A stretch of 64,000 bases of DNA, taken from Rebecca billardiae RCC1528 (Eukaryota > Protista > Haptophyta). The stretch spans positions 3,348,001 to 3,412,000 of the forward strand of contig OZ251225.1 of assembly GCA_965240325.2 (NCBI GenBank), read 5' to 3'. Shown one piece after another: positions 1 through 11,020 of this stretch. A program made the translations under genes and the position numbers. The notes under the pieces are model-generated. The model did not search any database, was not told where the DNA came from, and saw only the letters and a program-made list of their open reading frames with translations. The number at the start of each line of letters is the position of its first letter. Position 1 is the first letter of the stretch.

Positions 1-96
1 GGTCAGCTAGAAGCACAGCGAGAACGAGAACCGCGTCCTCGGCCCCCGGGTCCGGGACGCGGCAAGACCAGTCTCTCACGCGCAGACGATGAAGTT

Positions 97-194
97 GGGG
101 ACGAAAAGGCTTGGCAGCGGGGCGCGTGACCCGAGCTTGTGCCTCGGGGACGAAAAGGCTTGGCAGCGGGGCGCGTGACCCGAGCTTGTGCCTC
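97..194. repeat. 49-bp direct tandem duplication (2 copies)
   Basis: ggggacgaaaaggcttggcagcggggcgcgtgacccgagcttgtgcctc occurs at 97-145 and 146-194. Confidence 0.9.
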
Positions 195-449
195 ACATCC
201 AGCACCGCTCTGCCCCGAGCCCGAGTCGGACGGAGCGTGAGCGCGGTCCGCACGCGACGCCGGTCCGTGCCGTTCGGCCGCAGTGGGCCCCTCCCTCGCC
301 TCTGGCTTCCGGGCGGGCCGCGGCAGCTTGTATTCACTGAATAGCATTTTCGTGAAAAATACCCGGAAAGCTCAGCTTTGAAAGCTGTCATATACTCTGT
401 ATATATTAATGATCGGCTACGCCGATCTTCGGGTAGTGAACAACGACGT

Positions 450-3400
450 TCAGGCGAGTGAGGTGCCCCGGGCACCTCAAGCGCGCGTTCGCGCAAAAGT
501 CCGCACCGCCGATTTTTCACAGTGGGCGGCAATTTCTGGCGCGCTATTTTCTGATTTTCCGCCGTGCGTGGCGCCGCCGCGTCGCGCGCGCTCTCGACGC
601 GCGCGAGCTGCGCGCGCGTGGCGGCGGGTTTGGCCGCGCGGCACTGGGACGGCTGGGTCCGCACGGCCGAGGAGGCCACTCTTGCCGCGGTGGTCGTGGC
701 GCGGGGATGTCTCCGCCGCTCGCAAACCTCCCGCGAGCGCCTCGCGCCGCCTCGCGCCGCCTTCACGCCGTCTCCGCGCGCCAACTGCACGCTCTGGACG
801 CCTCGGCGGCAGAGACGCGCGCGGCGCGGTTGTGTGCCGCGTAGACTGGGCCCATGCGCGTCCGCTGCCGGTGCGCCCCGACCACGCGCGCGCGCATCCC
901 AGACCTCTCGCCTCACGCGTCGCCGCCGAGCACGGCCGTGCACCGCAGTCCGCCGTGGTGCCGCCCGCGCGGCCGAGCGAGCAGGCGGCGCGTTGTGGAG
1001 CGTGTGACGCGCGAGGCGGGAAGGCTTCAGAGCGCCCGAGCCACCGCCGACCGGCGGCGCGCACGCGATTGGCTCGAGCCATGGGCGCCGACGGCGCGCG
1101 CGCGCGCTGAGCCAGCTGAAGACTTGTGCGCCATGGCACGGCAGCCGCCAATCGCGGCGCGCGGGCGTGCTGTGCGGCAGGCGCGCTCGGTGCGGGCGCT
1201 TCGGGGCGTGGCCTCACGAGAACGGAGCCCCTGGAAGCGCGACGCCTGTGAGCTCGCCCCGGCCCGTGTGAGTGTGCGCGCATCTGTCAGCAGCACGGGG
1301 TGGCCGTCATCATGAGCCATGGCCTGGTCACTGCCGCGCTGGGTGTCGAGTGTCGACCAGGCACAAAGAACAAGCGAGCATGCGCACTTTTGAAGTTCTC
1401 GCATGCGTGGTGCGGCGCTGTGCGTGCACGATCATGCTGGTGCATGCGAGACCATTCAGCAGGGCTGTGCGCGTTATTGATCTCCGTACCGGCAGAAGGC
1501 TGCCGGCATCCCGGTGTCCAACGCTGCACCTACGCTGACACCTTGAGACGCTCTTGTCAGCCAGAAACGCGCGCTTCGAGCGCCGCGTGCCCAGGTAGCA
1601 CGACCCACTACTTCCTGGCTTACGTCAGACCATGTCGGATGACCTGAGCAGCAGTTGGCGTCATCGTGCGCGGGGGCGCGCGCAAGCCGGCTCTCACTCT
1701 GCCCAACGTGCGAGGGCGTAAGGCGGGGGCGTGTGCGCACGAATCGAGTGTCAGCAGCAGCGCTCGCTCGCGCTCACCGGCGAGAGACGTCTGCTCGCAA
1801 GTCGTCTGGGTCAGCAGGCTACCAGCCGTGATAGACGTTGCAGCAGATGGGTTGGAAGGCTCCACCGCACGCCGGGCACCAGGAGGGCGTGAGCGACCGC
1901 AACCGCAGCCGCGCCTGCGTCCGCGAGAGGGCTGAGCACCTGGACCTTGCGCGTCGCCCTGTCTGGGCGTTGGACCAGATGTCTGTACCCCGCCCTCAGC
2001 GTCGCGCGCGGGCTCTGAGCCTGCTGGCGTCTCAACGGCCTACTCATCCGCGCTGTTGTCGCCATCATCGAGGGAATCACGACCGTCGGCCAGATCGTCG
2101 AGCTCGAGCGTGGCAGCCCATCGGGCCACCGTCTTCCTCGTCACCCATACCGACCATACCGGCCTCCCGCTCGCCACCCTGAGCTATGCGCCTTCGACAG
2201 AGCTCTCGCGCGCGCACGCCATCACAAAGGCTGGCACCCCACCACCCTTCAGGCCTGCCGGGAACTTGCTGGTGAGCAGTGGGTCTGCGCAGACGCGGCT
2301 GCTCCCGGACCGTGCGCCGTGAGTGAGAGAGCTGCCGTGGCGCGCCCGCCTCGGAGTGAGCAGGCCAGCAACACTGCAGCCATAGCTCTGTGCGCTTCTG
2401 ACACTGGAGGGCTACGACTTCTGACCAGTAGAGTCGCTCTCTCTCTCTACGGAAGCACGTGGCTGGCATCGGACAGACGCTCAGATGAAACGCGTCAGGC
2501 AGCATGCAAGTGCTCGCATGCGTGCGCGCAAGCGCACGCGGGCCCAGGTAGCCCCAGAAGCCATACAACTACGCTTCATGCGGCGCTGTTGCCGTGTGTC
2601 GTGGCGCGCTCAGCGCGGCAGTGACCAGGCCATGGCTCATGATGACGGCCACCCCGTGCTGCTGACAGATGCGCGCACACTCACACGGGCCGGGGCGAGC
2701 TCACAGGCGTCGCGCTTCCAGGGGCTCCGTTCTCGTGAGGCCACGCCCCGAAGCGCCCGCACCGAGCGCGCCTGCCGCACAGCACGCCCGCGCGCCGCGA
2801 TTGGCGGCTGCCGTGCCATGGCGCACAAGTCTTCAGCTGGCTCAGCGCGCGCGCGCGCCGTCGGCGCCCATGGCTCGAGCCAATCGCGTGCGCGCCGCCG
2901 GTCGGCGGTGGCTCGGGCGCTCTGAAGCCTTCCCGCCTCGCGCGTCACACGCTCCACAACGCGCCGCCTGCTCGCTCGGCCGCGCGGGCGGCACCACGGC
3001 GGACTGCGGTGCACGGCCGTGCTCGGCGGCGACGCGTGAGGCGAGAGGTCTGGGATGCGCGCGCGCGTGGTCGGGGCGCACCGGCAGCGGACGCGCATGG
3101 GCCCAGTCTACGCGGCACACAACCGCGCCGCGCGCGTCTCTGCCGCCGAGGCGTCCAGAGCGTGCAGTTGGCGCGCGGAGACGGCGTGAAGGCGGCGCGA
3201 GGCGGCGCGAGGCGCTCGCGGGAGGTTTGCGAGCGGCGGAGACGTCCCCGCGCCACGACCACCGCGGCAAGAGTGGCCTCCTCGGCCGTGCGGACCCAGC
3301 CGTCCCAGTGCCGCGCGGCCAAACCCGCCGCCACGCGCGCGCAGCTCGCGCGCGTCGAGAGCGCGCGCGACGCGGCGGCGCCACGCACGGCGGAAAATCA

Positions 3401-3502
3401 GAAAATAGCGCGCCAGAAATTGCCGCCCACTGTGAAAAATCGGCGGTGCGGACTTTTGCGCGAACGCGCGCTTGAGGTGCCCGGGGCACCTCACTCGCCT
3501 GA
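450..3502. mobile_element. Non-autonomous foldback/long-TIR DNA transposon with 892-bp TIRs
   Basis: 450-1341 is a near-perfect reverse complement of 2611-3502 (mirror ORFs 477-1283 and 2669-3475). ACGT flanks both sides (446-449, 3503-3506), and removing the element restores the family A end motif. No transposase is recognisable in the 1269-bp spacer. Confidence 0.9.
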
Positions 3503-3553
3503 ACGTTGATGGCGCACGGCCCTGGTAGTTGTCGCGTTCTTTACCGCCAATCA

Positions 3554-4641
3554 CTACGATGCGCGCGCCCGGCGCGTCCGGCCGTGCAGGAGGCGCGGGC
3601 GCGAGTAATCGACTCGATCGACGGCCTCGGGGGGCTGGGCCGTGTCGAACTCGACGCGCAGCAGCCGCAGCGCCTCCGCCCGGTGCGCTTCGGGCAGCCC
3701 TGCTGTGGCCGCGCGCAGTCCGCGGAGATCGCGCTCGGCAGCTCGCCCGTCAGCCTCGCACAGCCTCGCGCGCTCGGCAGGATCGGCGCAGCGTCGGACA
3801 AGCTCGCGCAGCTCGTCCTCGGCGTCGGCGGGGAAGAGCGTCGCGAGCAGCTGCGGCTCGAGCCTGTCTACGATGTCCCGCAGCCGCAGCAGCCGCTCCT
3901 TGCACGCCCTCGGCGTCTTCCCCTCGAATGCGGGCCGCACGCGCGCTGCGAGGTGAAGGTCGCGTGCAGCACGTGCGCATACTGCGACTGCAGCAGGCCA
4001 ATGTCCCGCGGCTCGAGCCTGTCTACGATGTCCCGCAGCCGCAGCAGCCGCTCCTTGCACGCCCTCGGCGTCTTCCCCTCGAATGCGGGCCACGCGCGCT
4101 GCGAGGTGAAGGTCGCGTGCAGCACGTGCGCATACTGCGACTGCAGCAGGCCAATGTCCCGCGGCTCGAGCCTGTCTACGATGTCCCGCAGCCGCAGCAG
4201 CCGCTCCTTGCACGCCCTCGGCGTCTTCCTCTCGAATGCGGGCCACGCGCGCTGCGAGGTCGCGCCTGCAGCACGTGCGCCGATCGATACTGCGACTGCA
4301 GCAGGCCAATGACAAAGTGTCCTGCTCGATCGTCCACGACGCGAGTCGTTCTGCGTGTAGAAGCGCAGGACGTGCTGGTCGTGCATGGTGCGCAGCGCGG
4401 TGTGCAAGCGCGCGAACGCGCGCTCGGGCGAGTCCTCCGGCAAGAGCTCGTCCTGCGGCTCGGTGCCCGGCTGCCGCTCTCCCTGCCTGCGCGCCGCCGC
4501 ACGCCGCGCGGACAGACAGACAGCGTCGCCATCACAGCCGGTGGGTAACGAGGCCTCGCGAGTGGCGCCAAGCTGCGCAGCGGCGAGGCCGGTGGGGTCG
4601 ACGTCCATGTCGGTCACGGACGCCACGGTAGTGTCGCTCAT
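3554..4641 (-). pseudogene. Frameshifted unknown ORF in A1 cargo with an internal 51-aa repeat
   Basis: Protein-like reading is split across ORFs 3868-4641 and 3554-4315, with the repeated peptide RAWPAFEGKTPRACKERLLRLRDIVDRLEP. Confidence 0.5.
3853..4311. repeat. About 153-bp tandem repeat, 3 copies
   Basis: Units begin gcggctcgagcctgtctacg at 3853, 4008 and 4161. Confidence 0.9.
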
Positions 4642-5491
4642 GCGCCTGCCCGTGATCAGTCTCAGCTCTGAGGCGCGCGCTCAGGAGGGCTGCGGCCGGG
4701 CCGAGCGCGATCCGTGCGCCTGGACGGTCCGAAGTCTGGCGGCTCATGCAGCCAGCCCAGCAAAGCCCGCTCCGCCATCCGCGTCATGGCGCTCCAGCCT
4801 CTCGCGTGCTGCGCTGCAGCCGTGCTCGGCCGAACGACGCCCGCAGAGCCCGCCGGGCATGCGGCTGAGCAGTGGTAGCCCGAGGCGAGGAACGGCCGCG
4901 TCGTCGCCGGGCGAACTCTGCCGGCTGGGTCGGATGCGGCTGAGCAGTGGTAGCCAGGCGAAGCGTCGTCGCGGGCGAAGCTGCGCTGGGTGATGCAGCT
5001 CGGGTCGGTGGGCAAGTCGCACCCCGCCGTCGGTCGCCTCCACGCCCCAGGCTCGCTCGAGGTCGAGTCACCTGCGCGGCGCGGCAGTCCGATGGCCGTG
5101 TTCACGTACTTCACTTCGTCGGCGCGGGCGTGACGCCGCGGGCCGGGCGTGGCGGGGTGTACACTTTGGGCCGAAGACGCATGGCAGGGCGGGGCGCGCG
5201 GGGTGAGCGAGGCACGAATGAGATGCCGACGGCTGTTGGGACCCGCCGCAGCTGCAGTGCGCGGGCACCTGCGCTGAGTCGCGCGCACCGCGGCACGCAA
5301 AACGAGAGCCTTTCGGCTTTTGAGCAACCTCCGATCGCCCTCGGTCGCTCGCTCGGCGTGTGCCGGCGCCGCCAAATAACGCTTGCGGGTAAGATTCCCT
5401 CATTTGGTCATATCACTCATTCGGCCACGCCCGCACGGGGGCGCATATCTGGTCGAAGCGAACCGCCGTTTTTGTGAGTTTGTACATATTA

Positions 5492-7987
5492 CCGATTTTG
5501 GGCAACTGAAAACATGATTCTGCACTTTTTTGAAAAACGCACTTCAAAAAGTTTCAACTTTTGAAAACCGGATTTAAAACATGTTTTGTTTTGTTTTTGG
5601 AAAAGAAGTTTTGCCAAAACGAAACAAAAACCGAAAACGTTTTTCAAAACCTGTTTTCAAAACGTGTTTTCAAAAAGTGCAAACCTGTTTTCCCTTTTTC
5701 AAAAACGTTTTCACTTTTTGTCTTTTTCCAAAAAGTGACGCTCGAAAACACACGGGAACAGAATGGCGGCCAAATGTTCACTTTAGGGTGCCGCCGCGCG
5801 ACGCGGGCCGGCGGCCTAGTAAGAACCCTGAGCCGGCGCGGACGGGCACTGGCAGGTGCGCAACCACCCAACACATGCTCCAGGCACCGCTCACCAGCCC
5901 CTGCCACTTCGTCTCCTCGTCTATTACTGCCCGCGACACGCGCGAATGTCATCTCAATCGCCCTGGCGTCGCGCGACCGCGCGGCCGCGCGCGCATGCGG
6001 TGCGCAGGCGTCAGATGGCGGAGGTGGTGATGCGGTGCGACGCGCATGGACGATCTCGCGCAGACGCACCTCGCTCGCAGGCCCGCTGCCACTGGATGCG
6101 CCCGGCTGCACCGTCCGTTTGCTGCGCGCAGTCGCAGCCGGCCGTTCTTGTCGACGGTGTTGGTGCGCTTCTTCATGATCTTCATCTTGCCCACGATCAC
6201 CTGCTTGGCGGCCTGCTCGACGCGGCCAGCTCGCGGCATGCTCGTGCCGCGTCTGTTCGAGCTCAGCCCGCCCGCCCGGCACGTGCGGTCGCGGAACGTG
6301 TTGCCGATGATCTTGCCGTCGTGCTCCGACGCTTGTGTGCTCGCGCGGTGCAGCTCGCCGCCGAGTCGCACGATGGCGCGAAGGGCGATGGCGACGACCA
6401 CGTGCGGGTGGCACGCGACCGTGCTCGTCCACCGCTTGAGCTCACGCACATACGCGCACCTGGCGTTGAGCGCAGCAAGCACCATCACCTTCACCTCCGC
6501 GGCGGTCGTCGGACGCCGCCGACGAGTTCGCGCACCGCCACCAACCACAGTCGGCAGAAGTCCTCACACGTGAGCTGCGGCTGCTGCGGTGCCTGAGCAG
6601 CGTTGGCGTAGCCCTCGCACGGCACGTTGGCGTCACGCGCGTGCTGCATCCTCTGCTGCCCGCCGTCACCGGCGTGGCCCTGGCCCTGGCGGTACCTGGC
6701 CGCACGCGGCGCGCACTACGACTCGTCGTGTCCGCCGACTTTGCGTCTGCCGACGGCTCGGTCCACTGATCGTCAGCCCTGGGCTCCGCGGCCGTGCAGC
6801 GTCACTGCTGTCGTGCGACGATCGCATCGATATGACTCACAGCGACTCACGCGTACTTGTGTCGTAGTAGTATGGCAGCGTCATGCACGGCATCAGACGA
6901 CTGATGACGAGGGCTCCTGCCCGAAGCGCACGCGGGCCCGCGGAGGCGGATGAAAGTCGAAAGACATGATCGGCTCGTCCGGACGCGCGCATCATCACGC
7001 TGCTCGTCGCGCCCAGATTCCGCTGCTCGCCATGATGACGAACGAAGCACGGACTCCTGCAGGCCGATGTGCTCAGCGGCGCGCTTACTGCGTCGGCGAC
7101 AGGATCCTCCATCAGCTCCCGCCCCTGGCCCTGTCGCAGCAGGGCACGGCTGAGGGTCACACCCGCTGATGGCCGGGCGAGACCAAGCATCAAGCGCGCA
7201 CGCATGCGCGGTCGCCGCGGCGCACTCGCGCGCACCACCGGAACCTCAACGGTCTTCTTGCGCGTCATGCGGATGACCTGCATTGCCCTGCAGACGGTCG
7301 GCTCGCTGACGCTCAGGCCATACCACAGCGCAAGGCGTGCACACGTTTGCGCCAGCGTGTCTCGCGGGTACATCTTGACGAGTGCTTTCAGCAGGAAGAG
7401 CTGGGGCAGGTCGAAGATCGGCGGGCCAGAGGACGCGACGCCGCCCGACTGCGTGCTCACGATCTGCTGCGTCGCGAGGTACTCCCGCACCCACTTGAAC
7501 ACGGTCGATGAGCGATCTCGTCGTACGTGCACGACGAGTTGCCCGCGCGCAGTCGGAGGGCAGTCCCCACGACGCGCTGCCGAAGAACCACGTCGTAGCT
7601 CCTACCCTGTCGGTACACGCCGTTGTGCGCGTTGACTGCGATCCGCGGCCGTGGCTCGCGCGGCATCTCCTGTCGCCGCCGATTGCCCCGCCGCGCGACG
7701 CGGTGGACAACGGTCTTTCTTTCCTCTCCAAGAAAACTTTTTCAAAACAAAACTTGTTTTGTCAAAACACGTTTTGAAAACCTAAGTTTTGTTTTGTTTT
7801 TTCGAAACACGTTTTGAAAACTTGTTTTTGAAAACGTTTTTCAAAAAACAAAACAAAACAAGTTTTTCGAAAACATTTTTTCAAAAAGATGTTTTGTCCA
7901 AAACATGTTTCAAAAAAGGAAAAAAGTTCAAAAAACAAAACAAAACTTGCAAAAACGAAATGCATGTTTTCAGTTGCCCCAAATCGG
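5492..7987 (-). mobile_element. IS630/Tc1-mariner-superfamily DNA transposon relic
   Basis: TIRs ccgattttgggcaactgaaaacatg / catgttttcagttgccccaaatcgg are flanked by TA on both sides. AT-rich subterminal arrays of aaaac(g/atg/acg)tttt motifs lie at about 5530-5750 and 7730-7960. A transposase HTH fragment is present inside. Confidence 0.85.
7246..7666 (-). pseudogene. IS630/Tc1 transposase N-terminal DNA-binding region, frameshifted, DDE domain not seen
   Basis: VNAHNGVYRQGRSYDVVLRQRVV...YDEIA, frameshift near 7505, then STVFKWVREY...LVKMYPRDTLAQTCARLALWYGLSVSEPTVCRAMQVIRMTRKK, matching the typical VSxxTVxRxLxxxxxTRKK motif. Confidence 0.75.
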
Positions 7988-8737
7988 TAATAATAAGTCC
8001 ATCTCAGAAATGGTACGGCGAAACGGTGCGAAAACGCGTGCCTAGCCGTTTTTGATTAGGCGAAGAACTGGCAGGGTGCATTTCGCGGGTACCAATAGAC
8101 ACACGAGCCGCGACGACGAACGTCGTGCCATAATACTGTTGATACTGAAACGTTGTTTTTTAAGTGTGGTTCTCTTCAGAGGAGAAGGATAATAGGAGAC
8201 GATACTTTACTCCTTGAATTGGAATCAGAAAAACCACAAGTGTATATCAGCAGGAGAATCACGAACGGCCCACCATAATTATCAGAAAGATGCAGACGCC
8301 TTTGTCCTATTCGAGTTCGATTTCTTCTATAACTTACTATCCAAGGATTAAGGAGCAGTACAAACGCAATCATGAGCAGCGATATCGAGTCAAATGCGGA
8401 TTTCACACCGCTAAATCCACCTACAAAACTCCCCCAAATCCTGCGCGCATCCTCTTTTTGATTTTGCGGAGCACGTGCGCCGCCCCCCCCGGCTTTCGCT
8501 CACGCTCAGACCTTTCGGGGGGGCCGTGCGCCATCAAGGGGGGGAATCAAGCGTCGTACGTGAAGTGGTAGAAATTCTCATGCTCATGAGACTTTCAAGT
8601 CCCGGCCATCATTCGTTGATGAGTGAATTGAGGACTCATCAACAAATGCTCATATGCATCAAGCTGTCCCAGAGGCAGAGACGCCGGTGCGGAGAGCGAG
8701 AACGTTCGTCTTCAGGTTGTGTCGTTCATCTCAAATA

Positions 8738-10834
8738 CGAGAAGCGACGGTTCATGACTTCAGATGCCGGCATGATACTTTACTTCAAGCGACATAAAAG
8801 CCGACCGAACCTCTCTTTTCTATGGTTGGCGAGCTGTTTCAGGCTCTTACAATTCAGGCATATTACTAGGACGGAATGCTCGAACACACGGCTGGTCTTT
8901 TGTGGACAGGTTGCACGGAAAAATGACCGCCCGCGACTGACAGATGTTACATTCACAGTGGACGTGACCTGTCCACCCATCTTTCGGTACATCGCGCCCG
9001 TCCCATGGCGGCCGGCGCGTGGCGCGAGTGCTTGGAAACCACGGAGCACACGAATGCCGGTGGTTTCCGACCTTCGCCGCCACGGCCCGCCTCCCCGTTC
9101 GCCCGCAATCGGTACCGCAGTCTGGTGCCCAGTTCCTCTCACTCCCGCGTCGGCAGTGGCGCGAAGCCGAAGCGCATCGGGAAGAAGCACAACTGGGACC
9201 TCCGGGATACAGGTGGTAGATAGAGCCTTCAAGGAGGCTGCCGTCGCGAACGAGCAGGATGTGCCGGTTGTAGTATGCGCGTGCACCCTTGCACGAACGT
9301 GTGCTGGTCTCCTGCTGCACTGCTCATACCGTACGCACGAGCACGCAACCGTGCGCACGCGCTCAGGTGGCTCAGACCACACACGCGAGTGCTTGTGAAG
9401 CTCGCCTCACGAGGCCTTCGTAGAAGAAGGCGGGCAACCGGAGCGCGCTAAGGAAACAGAAGACGATGCTCGCCAAACGCGTCCAGCGCACGAGGGCGAA
9501 GCTTGCTACGGCGCGCGCGGCCTCTGCTGTTGCAGCTCGGGCCGCTGCTCCGGCCGTGCAGGCGTCTGGCGCGGGGTCCTCGGACAAGCAGGCGAACTCT
9601 GGGCAGTCTGCCTTTGCCGCCGGCAAGAAGGATCGGAAGCGCACGCATTTGGTCGAGCGCGTGGCTCGCTCGCGCGCCGTGACGCAGCAAGCAGGCGATC
9701 CTTGACAAGCGCCTCGCTGACGCTCAGCAGGCCGAGGCAACAAGCGCGGCGCTCGACCACGCTGACAGGCACGCCCTGAGTGAGGGGGAAGGCACCTTTC
9801 GAGACAGCACTCAGGCGCTCGACGTTGAGTATCTCATTGATCGCGCGCGTGTGTGATCACGTCAGCAAGACTAAGTCGCGCGAGGTGGAGTAGGTGGTAG
9901 CGCGCCTCTTCGCCGCATCATCCGCAGCTGACTGGCGTGCACCCGCCAGCTCGCTCACGTGGCACGCGGCAGCGGTCGGCTTCCACCCTGTTCGCACAGC
10001 GCGGCGCCGGCTGCACCGCCCGTTCCGCTGGACGCCGGCTCGCTCGTCGTTGACGACTTCTTCTTCAACCCGGTCGCGCGGGCGCGGTGATGGTGCACTC
10101 CGGCAGGCAGATGCGGCGCACTGTCTGATGCTCTATGCGTGCGCGTGCCTTTCCACGACGTCGACTCGGGCTGCTACGCGTGGCATCCAGCTCGAGGCGG
10201 AGGTCGCCAGGGCTCGCCCAAGGTCGAATCTGCCTTGCGTGTGCTGGGTCGCCGAGGTGCGGCCGCAGGGTGCTCGCTGGCTGACTCCTGACGATGACGA
10301 GGAGTTGCGCGCCGTCGCAACTTCTCGCACGTATCGTGCCGACCGCGAGTCGAGTGGATGACGCTCGTGGCGGCTGCTCTTCAAATGACGCGGTCGGGCC
10401 CTTGGCGAGCTTGGGAGGAGGGCTCGGTCTGCTACATGTGCGTCAGTAGTCACGGCCTAAACCGTGCGCAAGACTCATTGAGTCGTACATGGCGCGGCAG
10501 CAACGGCCGCACCCGCGAGGGCCCGTGGGCGGGCAGCCATGCTCCAAAGGGCCGAAATGTAACACCGAGGTCAGTTTCCCGTGCAACCTGTCTGCATGCT
10601 ATTCCGCCCTGCATTCCCCTAAGTGTTACTATCGTTAAAATTAGCATCCACTACAAACGCAATCATTGCGGCAGCGATATCCACTCATACGTACGCAAGG
10701 CCACCCACAAAAATCCCCAAAATCCTGCGCGCATCCTCTTTTTGATTTTGCGGAGCACGTGCGCCCCCCCCCCCCCCCCCCCCGGCTTTCGCTCACGCTC
10801 AGACCTTTCGGGGGGGGGGGGGGGGGTGCGCCAT
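8738..10834 (-). mobile_element. Family A element, copy A2 (hairpin end not found)
   Basis: Terminus ...cctttcg(g)ntgcgccAT at 10834. 8738-8900 plus 10597-10834 are colinear with about 39730-40145 of A5, and partly with the first 320 bp of A3/A4. Confidence 0.75.
8905..10592. mobile_element. Short-TIR non-autonomous DNA transposon nested in A2
   Basis: gacaggttgcacggaaaaatgacc (8905-8928) vs ggtcagtttcccgtgcaacctgtc (10569-10592), 22/24 inverted match. It interrupts a sequence that is continuous in A3, A4 and A5. Confidence 0.8.
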
Positions 10835-11020
10835 AATAATAATAATATTATCGTATTATTGCATTATTCGTCATTGAATTTGAAAGTCGCATCGGCCCGT
10901 ACTCCTAGCTGGTCCTAGGCGCACGCCTCTTTGCTCGAGCGCGCTTTTTGTCAGCAATAACAAGGCGTGCTCGAGCGTGACACGTGAGCGCATAAATTAT
11001 AGCAGCTATCGGATTGACTG

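Larger units (their letters stand above)
409..8534 (-). mobile_element. Family A asymmetric-end element, copy A1, carrying two nested TIR elements
   Basis: Hairpin end ATgatcggctacgccgatcttcgggtagtgaacaacg at 409 resumes as ttgatggcgcacggccct after the insertion at 3507. The opposite end ...cctttcggggggggccgtgcgccAT finishes at 8534. Internal 4640-5280 is homologous to 36100-36950, and 8140-8275 to the reverse complement of about 13260-13395. Confidence 0.85.

Noticed and set aside
409-3509. Mirror-image ORFs (268, 233, 153 and 147 aa)
   Set aside because: Arg/Ala-rich readings of GC-rich TIRs with no motifs; the duplication is explained by the inverted repeat.
5949-6548. Fanzor/TnpB nuclease in the IS630 element
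   Set aside because: No RuvC I/II/III or zinc-finger motifs are visible.
5530-7960. CRISPR-like or satellite array in the aaaac/gtttt tracts
   Set aside because: No constant repeat-spacer period; these are subterminal repeats of the Tc1/IS630 element in a eukaryotic context.
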